Virus record (IMG/VR): IMGVR_UViG_3300008259_000237
Span: 5,138-69,137 of that record
Source of the DNA: a virus
Length of the DNA: 64,000 bases
Direction: 5' to 3' (one strand)
The notes beneath the pieces are model-generated. The model was given only the letters and a program-made list of their open reading frames with translations, searched no databases and was not told the origin of the DNA. Position numbers and translations under genes: made by a program. The stretch's first letter is position 1. Each line of letters begins with the position of its first letter. Positions 49,717 through 58,658 of this stretch are shown here, piece by piece.

Positions 49717-49833
49717 TTATTTATTTTGTTTATCGACAGGTTTAGTATACTTTTCTTTGTGTCTATTTAAAAACTCTTCTTCAGTTTCAAATATTTTACC
49801 ACAAGTGTTACATGTATATCCAGTTGTTTCCAT
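49717..49833 (-). CDS. 38-aa zinc-finger-like microprotein; not in the ORF track
   Basis: METTGYTCNTCGKIFETEEEFLNRHKEKYTKPVDKQNK*. Confidence 0.5.
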   Translation of the reverse strand: METTGYTCNTCGKIFETEEEFLNRHKEKYTKPVDKQNK

Positions 49834-49865
49834 AAAAAAAATCCCGTATACTGATATATACGGGA
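49834..49865 (-). terminator. Intrinsic terminator after the tail tube gene
   Basis: Stem TCCCGTATA / TATACGGGA with a 6-nt loop, then U8 on the minus strand. Confidence 0.75.
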
Positions 49866-49889
49866 CATTTTAAAATATGTAAATAATTT

Positions 49890-50378
49890 TTAGTATACCA
49901 AAATACAACGGTCCATACGGAGTGTTGCCGAGATACTAGCCAATGCGTCTGAGTTATACGCTAAAGTATCAAAGTTAACATCAGATAAGAATGTTCCCTC
50001 AAGTATCCATTTCTCCACAACAACTCCTGTTGGGTCTAATAATTCAAGGTCAACATTTTTCTTATAACCCGCGGCGTAACCCATACGACCTGTAACTGAT
50101 TCGGCACATAGACGAACCCACTCCATAAGAGCTTGTGACGCTGAAGGTCCAATAGGGTCACGGAATTTAACGTTAATTGTGCTCCAAGTAAATCTACCAG
50201 CAACATAAGTTTCCGTATTTAAAAATGGAATCGCAACAGGGTTAATTGTTATGTGTGGACGAGCCGCGCTTTCAACGAACCACTCGTTTATCCCTAATGT
50301 AGTATCAAAACGCAAAATAAATCTATTCTGCCTTTTGGGTTCGTAGGGTATCGGCATTTTCATTAGTAAATCAGCCAT
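49890..50378 (-). CDS. Tail tube protein (T4 gp19-like)
   Basis: EPKRQNRF, YVAGRFTW, YKKNVDLELLDPTG.VVEKW.LEG. Confidence 0.9.
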   Translation of the reverse strand: MADLLMKMPIPYEPKRQNRFILRFDTTLGINEWFVESAARPHITINPVAIPFLNTETYVAGRFTWSTINVKFRDPIGPSASQALMEWVRLCAESVTGRMGYAAGYKKNVDLELLDPTGVVVEKWILEGTFLSDVNFDTLAYNSDALASISATLRMDRCILVY

Positions 50379-50418
50379 TGTCTATAATTTTTTTAAATTT
50401 TTATTTCGTTTTATATTT

Positions 50419-50426
50419 TATAAATA
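50419..50426 (-). promoter_or_regulatory. Putative late promoter motif TATTTATA upstream of the tail tube gene
   Basis: Same recurring motif. Confidence 0.6.
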
Positions 50427-50480
50427 TACCGTTTTAATTTTTTTCTCTTTACTTTGGTTTTTTTTCAGATAAATTCCAGA

Positions 50481-51299
50481 TTAGTAAGGTTTTTTAATTC
50501 CTCCATGCGTAGAAATAGTTTTAATTATATTTTCTGGGTCTTTTTCAAAATGACCTTTAACTTTTTCTAAATTTCTTAAATCATCATCTGAGAATCCAAT
50601 TGTTGGTGTAAATCTGTTTGAAACTTTATTTTTTAAGAAAGCCTTTTTATTAATCATCTTTGAAATTCTTTTAACATAGTCCACAAATCCCTTTAAAGCT
50701 TTTATTTTACCTTCTTCAGGACTTTGAGCGGAACCTTGTCCATAAGTCACGGGATAAAATCGACACATATTAAGATACTCAATAATCATATCTCTTTTTG
50801 AAGAACTTCCAATTCCCTCCAAATCTCTAAACTTTTCTAAATTTTTAACTAATTCATTTGAATCAATTCCGTTATGATTTGAAATAATCATATTGTAACA
50901 CGCTTCTTTTAACACATTTGGAGAATGTCCTCTAGCAGTTACTATTGAAAATATTGAACCGTTATTAATTGCCTCCACAAAATCACTCCACGCAGGACCT
51001 GGTTTGGCCAACATTGAATCTACAATAAATTGTTTGTCTCCTTTTGTACTGAAAAATCTGAAAGGGTCTTTTGCAAAACCTACTATTTCATGTCCCTCAT
51101 ATTCAAATGGTTTCTTACCTATATATTCTCTATATTCGGCGAAATCTTCAGTTGACATCCCAACCTCATCTCCGTCACTATCTTCTAATATTATTTTTGT
51201 TGGCATAATAGCGATGTTATCATCCCAGTCAAATGCATAATATTTCATATCAGGAGTTCCCTCGTCTGTTATACCTTCGTTTACAAAATTTATTCTCAT
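50481..51299 (-). CDS. HAD-superfamily phosphatase-like protein
   Basis: Motif I FDWDDN, motif II IVTARG, motif III K (EEGK) and motif IV FSDDD. Confidence 0.7.
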   Translation of the reverse strand: MRINFVNEGITDEGTPDMKYYAFDWDDNIAIMPTKIILEDSDGDEVGMSTEDFAEYREYIGKKPFEYEGHEIVGFAKDPFRFFSTKGDKQFIVDSMLAKPGPAWSDFVEAINNGSIFSIVTARGHSPNVLKEACYNMIISNHNGIDSNELVKNLEKFRDLEGIGSSSKRDMIIEYLNMCRFYPVTYGQGSAQSPEEGKIKALKGFVDYVKRISKMINKKAFLKNKVSNRFTPTIGFSDDDLRNLEKVKGHFEKDPENIIKTISTHGGIKKPY

Positions 51300-51309
51300 A
51301 TTAATAAAT

Positions 51310-51337
51310 AAAAAACAAGCCGGTTTTTACACCGGCT
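51310..51337 (-). terminator. Intrinsic terminator after the sheath gene
   Basis: Minus strand AGCCGGT GTAAAA ACCGGCT TGTTTTTT. Confidence 0.75.
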
Positions 51338-54300
51338 AAATCTTACCTGTCATTTGGTTTCTATCTAAGTCCGCAGTGTCTGAAGAAACAGTTACACGGA
51401 AATCGTATAAACCTCTGTCTCTTCTGATTGCGTCTAAGATTGGGTTAACCGCATCCAAGAAGTCCTGTCTAACCTTTTGGTCGTTTTGTTCAAACAACAA
51501 TCTAACAGAAACTGCGGAAATCAACTTACGAGCTTGTAATAACAATCTTCTTACGTTGATTCTGTCAAGAGCCGACTCTCTAACTTGAAGAGTTTTATTA
51601 CCCCAAATTACCGTTCCTACATCAGAGAAGGTTGCAATTGGGTTAATTCTACCTTTATATAGAGTGTCTCTATCTTCTTGTGTGAGTTTCTTACGAGCTT
51701 TAATCGCGTTCACTATACCACGAGTGTAACCTGCCGCCGCGAACCAAGGGAATGCGATGTTATCGGTTAACGCCAAGTTTCTTGTAACTTCAGCAGTTGG
51801 TGGTAGGTAAATTTGAGTGTTGTTAACACTATCACGAGTTAACACCCAAGGGTAATAAGTACAAGTGTAGTTAGAGTCAATACCTGTTGTCTCAAGATTA
51901 TCCACCGCTTCTTGTGGGTAAATTAAATCTTCTGAGTTACCTGGTGCTGATACAAACATATTGTAGTCAGGTGTTGTACAGATATATAAAGAATCCGCTC
52001 TGTCGTACTCAATCATTTCGATTGCTGATTCAACAAGATTAGAATTATTCACATAATCAATACCTGGAGTTACAAATACGTTGATATTAGTGGCTTCAGG
52101 GTTTTCAAAAGATTTTTGACCAAGTAAGTAAGCGTAATAGTCGGTATTTGCCCAATCAACTGAATTTTTGTTAATTGTAATTTTCTTAAACGCTCCCCAA
52201 CCTGTTGCATTTGGATAAGTAATTGATTCACAAGCTCCTTTTAAGTAACCTGATTTACCAATAACAAATCTGTCAGAGTTTGTTCTATATTCTCTATAGA
52301 TATCCCATCCGTCAAATCCTCCTTGAACCGCCACAGTAAATTTACGAGCGAATAATCTGTAGTAAGGATTTGTCTCATCATCAGGGTCTGTTATAAATGA
52401 ACCAGAACCAACAAAGAACGCCGACTCACCACTTGTTGCAAATCCATTTGATATTGTAATACCTGTTGCATTTTTATCCATGTGGAAACCTTTAGTTCTG
52501 TAACCCCACTCATCACCTGTGTCATCTAGACAAATGTTATTAGGAATTCTTTTACCTTTGTAAGCGAAGAAATCAACATCATAACCTACAGTATCTGACA
52601 CACCAAGATAAGTTCTACGAACATTATCACCCGCGCTTGTGATGCTGTCATCATTTCCGGCCGCAGTACCAAAAGGTGGGTTGTAAACCACTTCACCTGG
52701 TAGGTCGTATTTTGTTTTATAGATAGGAAATGGAGGTACCACTCCTGCGTATTCTCTCATGTTGAATCCTAAGAATCCACAAGGAAGAGCGTCTACAGGT
52801 GCGTCTTCATTCATCTCTATCATTATGTATTTTGAGTTCAATTGATATTCACCATCTGAGGTACCTATTTTAACCGCAATGAAATTATTTTCATTTGGGT
52901 TCATACTACAGTTAGTAAACTTCTCAAGAACTACAGGTGCGTTATCTGAATCAAAATAATCTCTAACCAATATATCAAAAGTTTGATTAGCAAATGACAT
53001 GTTAGCCAAAGAAATTTTAACAGTAATATTAGCATCATCACCATCAGGAACCGTGTGGAATCTGAATAGGTTATAAACTTTAGTACCTCTTAATTCGGAA
53101 ACAATCCAAGGAGAAATTGCCGACTGATATCTCTCTAAATAAAAAGCGATTGAAGTTGGGTCCGCCGCTTGTCTTGCATCAGGTAATGCGGTTAAAGAAG
53201 TACTCAAACCTTTGATATAACCTTTTCTCCAAGCGTAAGTAAGAAGATTTTGATATCTTTCCTCCACAAACAACGGAACAGTTTGTCTAGGTTTTCCAAA
53301 ATTAGTAGAACCAAACACTTTTCCAATATATTGAGAATCAGAATTAGTAAATGATGTTTGGAAGAATAAATTAGTTCCGTCATTATTTGTTACATTTAAT
53401 CCGAATGTTGAGAAAGGATTTTTTGTAACTCCTGAATACTGTCCAGTTGTTACCATTGACACGTCATTCATTCCGGTTACTTCATATACCGCTCCAGTGT
53501 CGTTACCATAAGTTGCAACACCTCTTGAACGTAATGTAGCAATAACCATGTCATCGTAACTTAAATAAGGTGTTCCTGAGTATACAAAAATTTGTCCCGA
53601 CAATGTACCTTGATAACATCTAGTTATAGTTCCTGTATTTTGAGTTCCTGCGCTTGTAAAATTACAAGGATTACATGGGTCATTAACAACTGCAGTAACT
53701 GTCCATTGTTCAGTAACCGTTCCGTCATTTGAAACTACCTCAAAAATAACAGTTCCCGCACTGAAATTAACAGGTGTTGCTCCGTCATAAATTGTACCTA
53801 CTCCGTTAACACTCACATTTGATGCGTCTACACAAGTTGTAAAACTAGGAATAAATTCGCCTAAAGGACTTGGTACACATACTGAAATTGTATTTGTGTT
53901 ATAATTTATAATACCATTGTTACCGTCTAAACTAAAAGTATAGAAAGTTGCACAATTATCAGCGGTTGATGTCAGTTCAAATGAACTGATGTACGAATAA
54001 AAAGAGTATCCTGAATATCCACCAACTTCGTGGGAGTTATTGTCAAATAATCCATAGTACCAAGGGTCATTATTTGGGTCTGTATAGTCATAACCTGTAG
54101 AAGATACGCTATCAACACCAAAAACATTAGTCGCTGCGGTATATGTTGGGGATAACGCACTGTATGTTTCCCCTGAAATTACACCGTAGTAATATATTGT
54201 GTTTGCGGTGGTTGAACCTGTACCTCCGGCTAATATTGAATTAAATATTTGGGTATCAATGTTTGATTGAACTGTTGTTACACTACCGTTAAACAACTCC

Positions 54301-54836
54301 ATAGGGATTGTTAATTTATTCGATAAAACTGCAGGTATCTGTGCGGTATTAGTAAATTGGATAGTGTTGATATTATCAGAACAACCTATGAAATCAATAT
54401 CAAAATCAATCACCTCATAATCGACACATTCAATCACACAGTCGACTGTTGTGGCTGAATTACAATAAAATCCAACTGTGGCTCCGTCAACATTTGCTTT
54501 CGTAGTGATTGACCAAGATGGTCCAGCGTCATATCCTGATAAACCAAGAACTCTTGTTACAAATAATTGATTTGATTGTTGTAAGTAGGATTTTGCAATA
54601 TACGCCGCCTCATACTTTGGGATTTGAGTGTTAATAAATTTTTCAGGTGAGGTCCCACCGAAATAAGTTTCAAATTCGTCAAAGTTTTTGATGAATATTG
54701 GCTCGAAGGCCGGACCTCTTAAGGTCTCACCTACAATACCAAGAGTTGTTACACCAACACTTTGAGCAACAAAACTTAAGTCAACCTCTGAGGTATAAAC
54801 CCCAGGAGAAACGAATACTTTTGAGTTGCTAGCCAT
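51336..54836 (-). CDS. Tail sheath protein (T4 gp18-like), truncated at the C-terminus
   Basis: SPGVYTSEVD, YYPWV, PWFAAAG..RG, LYKGRINPI, WGNKT, RINVRRL and LFEQND; ends abruptly at MTGKI*. Confidence 0.93.
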   Translation of the reverse strand: MASNSKVFVSPGVYTSEVDLSFVAQSVGVTTLGIVGETLRGPAFEPIFIKNFDEFETYFGGTSPEKFINTQIPKYEAAYIAKSYLQQSNQLFVTRVLGLSGYDAGPSWSITTKANVDGATVGFYCNSATTVDCVIECVDYEVIDFDIDFIGCSDNINTIQFTNTAQIPAVLSNKLTIPMELFNGSVTTVQSNIDTQIFNSILAGGTGSTTANTIYYYGVISGETYSALSPTYTAATNVFGVDSVSSTGYDYTDPNNDPWYYGLFDNNSHEVGGYSGYSFYSYISSFELTSTADNCATFYTFSLDGNNGIINYNTNTISVCVPSPLGEFIPSFTTCVDASNVSVNGVGTIYDGATPVNFSAGTVIFEVVSNDGTVTEQWTVTAVVNDPCNPCNFTSAGTQNTGTITRCYQGTLSGQIFVYSGTPYLSYDDMVIATLRSRGVATYGNDTGAVYEVTGMNDVSMVTTGQYSGVTKNPFSTFGLNVTNNDGTNLFFQTSFTNSDSQYIGKVFGSTNFGKPRQTVPLFVEERYQNLLTYAWRKGYIKGLSTSLTALPDARQAADPTSIAFYLERYQSAISPWIVSELRGTKVYNLFRFHTVPDGDDANITVKISLANMSFANQTFDILVRDYFDSDNAPVVLEKFTNCSMNPNENNFIAVKIGTSDGEYQLNSKYIMIEMNEDAPVDALPCGFLGFNMREYAGVVPPFPIYKTKYDLPGEVVYNPPFGTAAGNDDSITSAGDNVRRTYLGVSDTVGYDVDFFAYKGKRIPNNICLDDTGDEWGYRTKGFHMDKNATGITISNGFATSGESAFFVGSGSFITDPDDETNPYYRLFARKFTVAVQGGFDGWDIYREYRTNSDRFVIGKSGYLKGACESITYPNATGWGAFKKITINKNSVDWANTDYYAYLLGQKSFENPEATNINVFVTPGIDYVNNSNLVESAIEMIEYDRADSLYICTTPDYNMFVSAPGNSEDLIYPQEAVDNLETTGIDSNYTCTYYPWVLTRDSVNNTQIYLPPTAEVTRNLALTDNIAFPWFAAAGYTRGIVNAIKARKKLTQEDRDTLYKGRINPIATFSDVGTVIWGNKTLQVRESALDRINVRRLLLQARKLISAVSVRLLFEQNDQKVRQDFLDAVNPILDAIRRDRGLYDFRVTVSSDTADLDRNQMTGKI

Positions 54837-54871
54837 TAGTTTTAATTTTTTTCTTTATTTTTATTTTTATT

Positions 54872-54879
54872 GATAAATA
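54872..54879 (-). promoter_or_regulatory. Putative late promoter motif TATTTATC upstream of the sheath gene
   Basis: Same recurring motif. Confidence 0.6.
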
Positions 54880-54958
54880 TTCACGAAAAAACCAAAATAC
54901 TTGACTTACTAATAAGTATTTATAATTCAGGCAGACAATTTTCTGCCTTTTTTATCTT

Positions 54959-55123
54959 ATGTTGCAGAATGGTCGAGAAATAAAGAATTTGAAAATTTCC
55001 AAAGAAGTTCACGATGTCCTAAAGAAATATTGTGACAAACAAGGTATAAAGATGTACCGTTTCTTAGAGAAGTTAATTTTGGAAAAGTGTAAGGAAAAAA
55101 AAGATATATACGGAGAAGATTAA
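54959..55123 (+). CDS. Ribbon-helix-helix DNA-binding protein (54 aa); not in the ORF track
   Basis: MLQNGREIKNLKISKEVHDVLKKYCDKQGIKMYRFLEKLILEKCKEKKDIYGED*: alternating beta strand, then helix-G-helix. Confidence 0.7.
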   Translation: MLQNGREIKNLKISKEVHDVLKKYCDKQGIKMYRFLEKLILEKCKEKKDIYGED

Positions 55124-56154
55124 ATGACTATGGACATGAATGTTATCGATGATTCATCATTGTTATCATTCTTTGTTACAACTAAAGTTAGATTGTCCCC
55201 CGTGTTGATTTGTATTTTATTCGGGTCGTTTCCAAAAAAGGAACCGTTAATATACACCTCAAATGTCGATATGTTTTTTGACTTTTCAAAAATCAAATCT
55301 GTTGTGTAATCATATTTTTGATTAAGAGTATCGTTACCCACAATGAACACAGCATTTACTTTTGGTTCTTTTTGTAGTTCGTTTTTAACTTGTCTCTTAG
55401 TTACTTTCTCGTCTACTTCTAAAACCTGTAACAATCTATTTACTGCTGGAGATACCTCAAACTCATCCTCATCAATTAAAAATCCTAACATAGTGAATCC
55501 GTAACTTTGAACATAGTATTTTCTTTTCTCAACATCCATTACAGATTCATCAGAGACATCATTCATAATGATTGGAATATAGTGTCCTTTGATATTGGCA
55601 TATGCCTGTCTTGATGCAAATTTTTCTATAATAATTTTATTAAATCTATTGAGCTCTCTCATTCTATTACAGATAATTTTAACAGAATAAGTTATGTCAA
55701 CAGGAACTGGTTGTGGGATTCTATACATATCGAACCCATGTCTTTGTCCATCCCATGTTGGAACTTGAGCATAAAAATATAATCTCCTATTTGGTATGTT
55801 ATATAAAACCGCAGGGTTTGTTCCGAACTTTACTTCGGGAGTTCTAACAACTGTAATAAATGGGGGTTCTGCGTTTTTATCAATGTTTTGAAAGTTCCAT
55901 GTCTCTGTAAATTGAGCCCAATTTTGAGTGGTTATAAGAATATCAACCATCGGAACTTTTTTACCGTCAACCACAAGTTCTAAGTCGGTTTTAACAAAAT
56001 CTAAAAATCCTTTATCCAAATCGGCATGAAGCAACGACTTGGGCAAGAAAGTACCATCCTTATTAATTTTTTCCAATAACTCTCTTCGTCTTGGTAGTAG
56101 AGTTTTGGATTCCGTTAATGGAATGTATTTTTTTATCTTTTTTGGTAACGCCAT
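55120..56154 (-). CDS. Tail terminator / completion-like protein
   Basis: PQPVPVDITYSVKI....RELN motif similar to gp15-type terminators; lies between the head-closure and sheath genes. Confidence 0.6.
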   Translation of the reverse strand: MALPKKIKKYIPLTESKTLLPRRRELLEKINKDGTFLPKSLLHADLDKGFLDFVKTDLELVVDGKKVPMVDILITTQNWAQFTETWNFQNIDKNAEPPFITVVRTPEVKFGTNPAVLYNIPNRRLYFYAQVPTWDGQRHGFDMYRIPQPVPVDITYSVKIICNRMRELNRFNKIIIEKFASRQAYANIKGHYIPIIMNDVSDESVMDVEKRKYYVQSYGFTMLGFLIDEDEFEVSPAVNRLLQVLEVDEKVTKRQVKNELQKEPKVNAVFIVGNDTLNQKYDYTTDLIFEKSKNISTFEVYINGSFFGNDPNKIQINTGDNLTLVVTKNDNNDESSITFMSIVI

Positions 56155-56315
56155 TATTTTTCGTTATCGTGACCGCATTTATGACAGATGTATTTATCAA
56201 ACTCTTCTGAATCGTTAGTATTCCATGACCAATCACAATTGGCACAAACCACCTCCTCGGACTCCATAGATTCCAAAATTCTTTTAATTTGTTCTTCAGT
56301 TAATTTTATTTTCAT
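56154..56315 (-). CDS. 53-aa zinc-ribbon microprotein; not in the ORF track
   Basis: MKIKLTEEQIKRILESMESEEVVCANCDWSWNTNDSEEFDKYICHKCGHDNEK*; overlaps both neighbours. Confidence 0.75.
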   Translation of the reverse strand: MKIKLTEEQIKRILESMESEEVVCANCDWSWNTNDSEEFDKYICHKCGHDNEK

Positions 56316-56827
56316 AATCCTCTAAATTCGTTATCTGTAACATATGATGCCATAATTGTTCGGTAAAAAGGTTTATACCCCGCATATGTATGTTTATTAT
56401 CTGACACTACACGACCATCATTATTTACTGAGTAGTATCTAACCCTATTCTCTGTTTCATAATAACCTATATAATCACCATTATTAATTTCAATTTCCAA
56501 CTCATCAAGATGTTTTTGATATACCGATATTCTAATATTTCCAGGTTCTAATTGCCCAATTTTAGAATTACCTAAATTTTTGTTTTCAGGTGCCATCACC
56601 TGAACAAACGCCTTGAACTCAACTGGAGGTAAAAATTTAATCCCGTCACTTAAGGTTTCCCCATAAACATCATCGGTTTTGGTTTGAATTCTGTTAACTC
56701 TATATAGAACAAGAGTGAAGTTCATATCACCATGTAACCATTCTTCCCCCATAGAGATATCTAAATCGTAATCCTCTACCCCAAAAAATTTACCTATCCT
56801 TGATATTGGAACTCTTGGTTGTGTCAT
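56312..56827 (-). CDS. Head closure / neck protein (T4 gp14-like)
   Basis: DDVYGE..F.PPVE and GDYIGY pattern; located upstream of the terminator and sheath genes. Confidence 0.6.
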   Translation of the reverse strand: MTQPRVPISRIGKFFGVEDYDLDISMGEEWLHGDMNFTLVLYRVNRIQTKTDDVYGETLSDGIKFLPPVEFKAFVQVMAPENKNLGNSKIGQLEPGNIRISVYQKHLDELEIEINNGDYIGYYETENRVRYYSVNNDGRVVSDNKHTYAGYKPFYRTIMASYVTDNEFRGL

Positions 56828-56866
56828 ATTGATAAATATCTTTTTTTTTATTATTTTTTTGATATT

Positions 56867-58624
56867 GTGGTTACTAACCTAATAGAACAGCGAGCTTTAG
56901 AGATACTTGATAATTATTCGGGGGCAAATAACTATATCCTAAAATTAAAAAGTTCTAAAGAAAGTAATAAAAAATTTTATCCGACAAGAGCTCAGTCAGA
57001 GTATATAACCACTTACAATGAAGTGGTTCCTAAAGTTGCAAAAAAATGGGTTGAACTCGACCCGTATTTTGCTAAAAAAATTGCTGATGAAAAATTATAT
57101 ACTCAAATACCTGAAGAAGTGTGGGTTGAAAAATTACTAGTAGAGAAAGAAAAATCATATCACATATGGGGTAAAGTTTTTTCTGGTGAAACTCTACATG
57201 AATTTTGGTTACCTAAAGGAGCGATTATTAAGTCACACAAAATTGAAAAGGTTGAGATTGATTACTCAAAGTATTCTCACCGACCTCCGTTAGAACACCA
57301 AAAAGAAGCGATAGAAAAATTATCAGGTAGTAAAAGATTTATTCTTGCCGATGACATGGGTCTTGGAAAAACAACATCCACAATTATTGCCGCTTTAGAA
57401 ACGGGAGCTAAAAAGATTTTAATCATTTGTCCTGCGACCTTAAAAGTTAACTGGATGAGAGAAATCCAAAACTACACTGACAGGAGTGTCTTTATTGCCG
57501 AAGGAAAACAATACTCGACGGAACACGATTTTGTTATTGTTAATTATGACATTCTTAAAAACTTTCACGATTTAAAAGACAAAGAAAATTCATTAATTAA
57601 ACAATCTAACTTTGATTTGATAATTTTGGACGAAGCCCATTATGTTCAAAACGCTCAAGCTCAGAGAACTAAATTGGTTAATCACATATGTAAAAAGGTT
57701 GATAGATTGTGGTTGTTGACAGGTACACCAATGACATCAAGACCTATGAATTACTTCAATCTGTTATCTCTAATTGAAAGTCCTGTTGCTCAGAATTGGA
57801 TGGCATTTGCTATTCGTTATTGTCAAGGATATCAATTTAAAGCGGGGAATAGAAAAGTTTGGAATGTCACAGGAGCATCAAATTTAGAAGAACTTAGAGA
57901 TAGAACTTCAAGACAAGTTTTAAGGAGATTGAAAACTGATGTGTTAGATTTACCTGAAAAAATTATAACCCCTGTTTATATGAGATTGAGGTCTAAGTTG
58001 TATGAAGGTTTAATGGGTGATTATTATAATTGGTATGACAACAAGAAAGAAGAATCAAATTCATTGACAGTTCAGTTTAGTAAGTTGATGAAGGTTAGAC
58101 AGGTAATTGCTGAAGAAAAAATTGCAAACACAATTGAGATTGCCGAAAATATTATCAGTCAGGATAAAAAGGTTATTATTTTCACAAACTTTACAGAAAC
58201 TCTACAAAAGATTCACGAACATTTTGGAAAACAATCTGTTTATTTGGATGGTAGTTGCACAAAACCGCAAAGACAATATGCAGTTGACCAATTCCAAGAA
58301 AACGATAAGATAAAAGTTTTTGTTGGTAATATTAAAGCCGCAGGTGTTGGTATTACTTTGACCGCAGCTGAGGCGGTTATTATAAATGACCTATCATTTG
58401 TTCCTGGTGACTTGTCTCAAGCTGAGGACAGAGCGTACAGATACGGACAAAAAAATTCTGTATCAGTTTACTACCCAATTTTTGAAAATACGATTGAGGG
58501 AATTATCTACGACATGGTTAATAACAAAAAGAAAAACATCGAAACCGTTATGGGAGATAATCTTAATTCAGGAGATGTTGTGGAAGAAATTATGAATAAG
58601 ATTAATTCACTGAGACAATTCTAA
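56867..58624 (+). CDS. SNF2-family (SMARCAL1/HARP-like) helicase/translocase
   Basis: LADDMGLGKT, LDEAH, LTGTP, RRLK..V, AGVGITLT and QAEDRAYRYGQ. GTG 56867 is preferred over ATG 56819, which overlaps the divergent gene. Confidence 0.92.
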   Translation: MVTNLIEQRALEILDNYSGANNYILKLKSSKESNKKFYPTRAQSEYITTYNEVVPKVAKKWVELDPYFAKKIADEKLYTQIPEEVWVEKLLVEKEKSYHIWGKVFSGETLHEFWLPKGAIIKSHKIEKVEIDYSKYSHRPPLEHQKEAIEKLSGSKRFILADDMGLGKTTSTIIAALETGAKKILIICPATLKVNWMREIQNYTDRSVFIAEGKQYSTEHDFVIVNYDILKNFHDLKDKENSLIKQSNFDLIILDEAHYVQNAQAQRTKLVNHICKKVDRLWLLTGTPMTSRPMNYFNLLSLIESPVAQNWMAFAIRYCQGYQFKAGNRKVWNVTGASNLEELRDRTSRQVLRRLKTDVLDLPEKIITPVYMRLRSKLYEGLMGDYYNWYDNKKEESNSLTVQFSKLMKVRQVIAEEKIANTIEIAENIISQDKKVIIFTNFTETLQKIHEHFGKQSVYLDGSCTKPQRQYAVDQFQENDKIKVFVGNIKAAGVGITLTAAEAVIINDLSFVPGDLSQAEDRAYRYGQKNSVSVYYPIFENTIEGIIYDMVNNKKKNIETVMGDNLNSGDVVEEIMNKINSLRQF

Positions 58625-58633
58625 TTTTCAGCT

Positions 58634-58641
58634 TATTTATA
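58634..58641 (+). promoter_or_regulatory. Putative late promoter motif TATTTATA upstream of SOD
   Basis: Motif orientation flips with gene strand. Confidence 0.6.
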
Positions 58642-58658
58642 TAGATAAATAAGGTTTA

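Noticed and set aside
54901-54926. TTGACT..TATAAT as a sigma70 promoter
   Set aside because: The spacer is only 14 nt; the overlapping TATTTATA motif explains the site better.
22515-56827. Bacterial contractile injection system (eCIS or tailocin) rather than phage
   Set aside because: Neck proteins, gp32-like SSB, helicase, PolB and RNR are interleaved with the tail genes and no bacterial housekeeping context is present.
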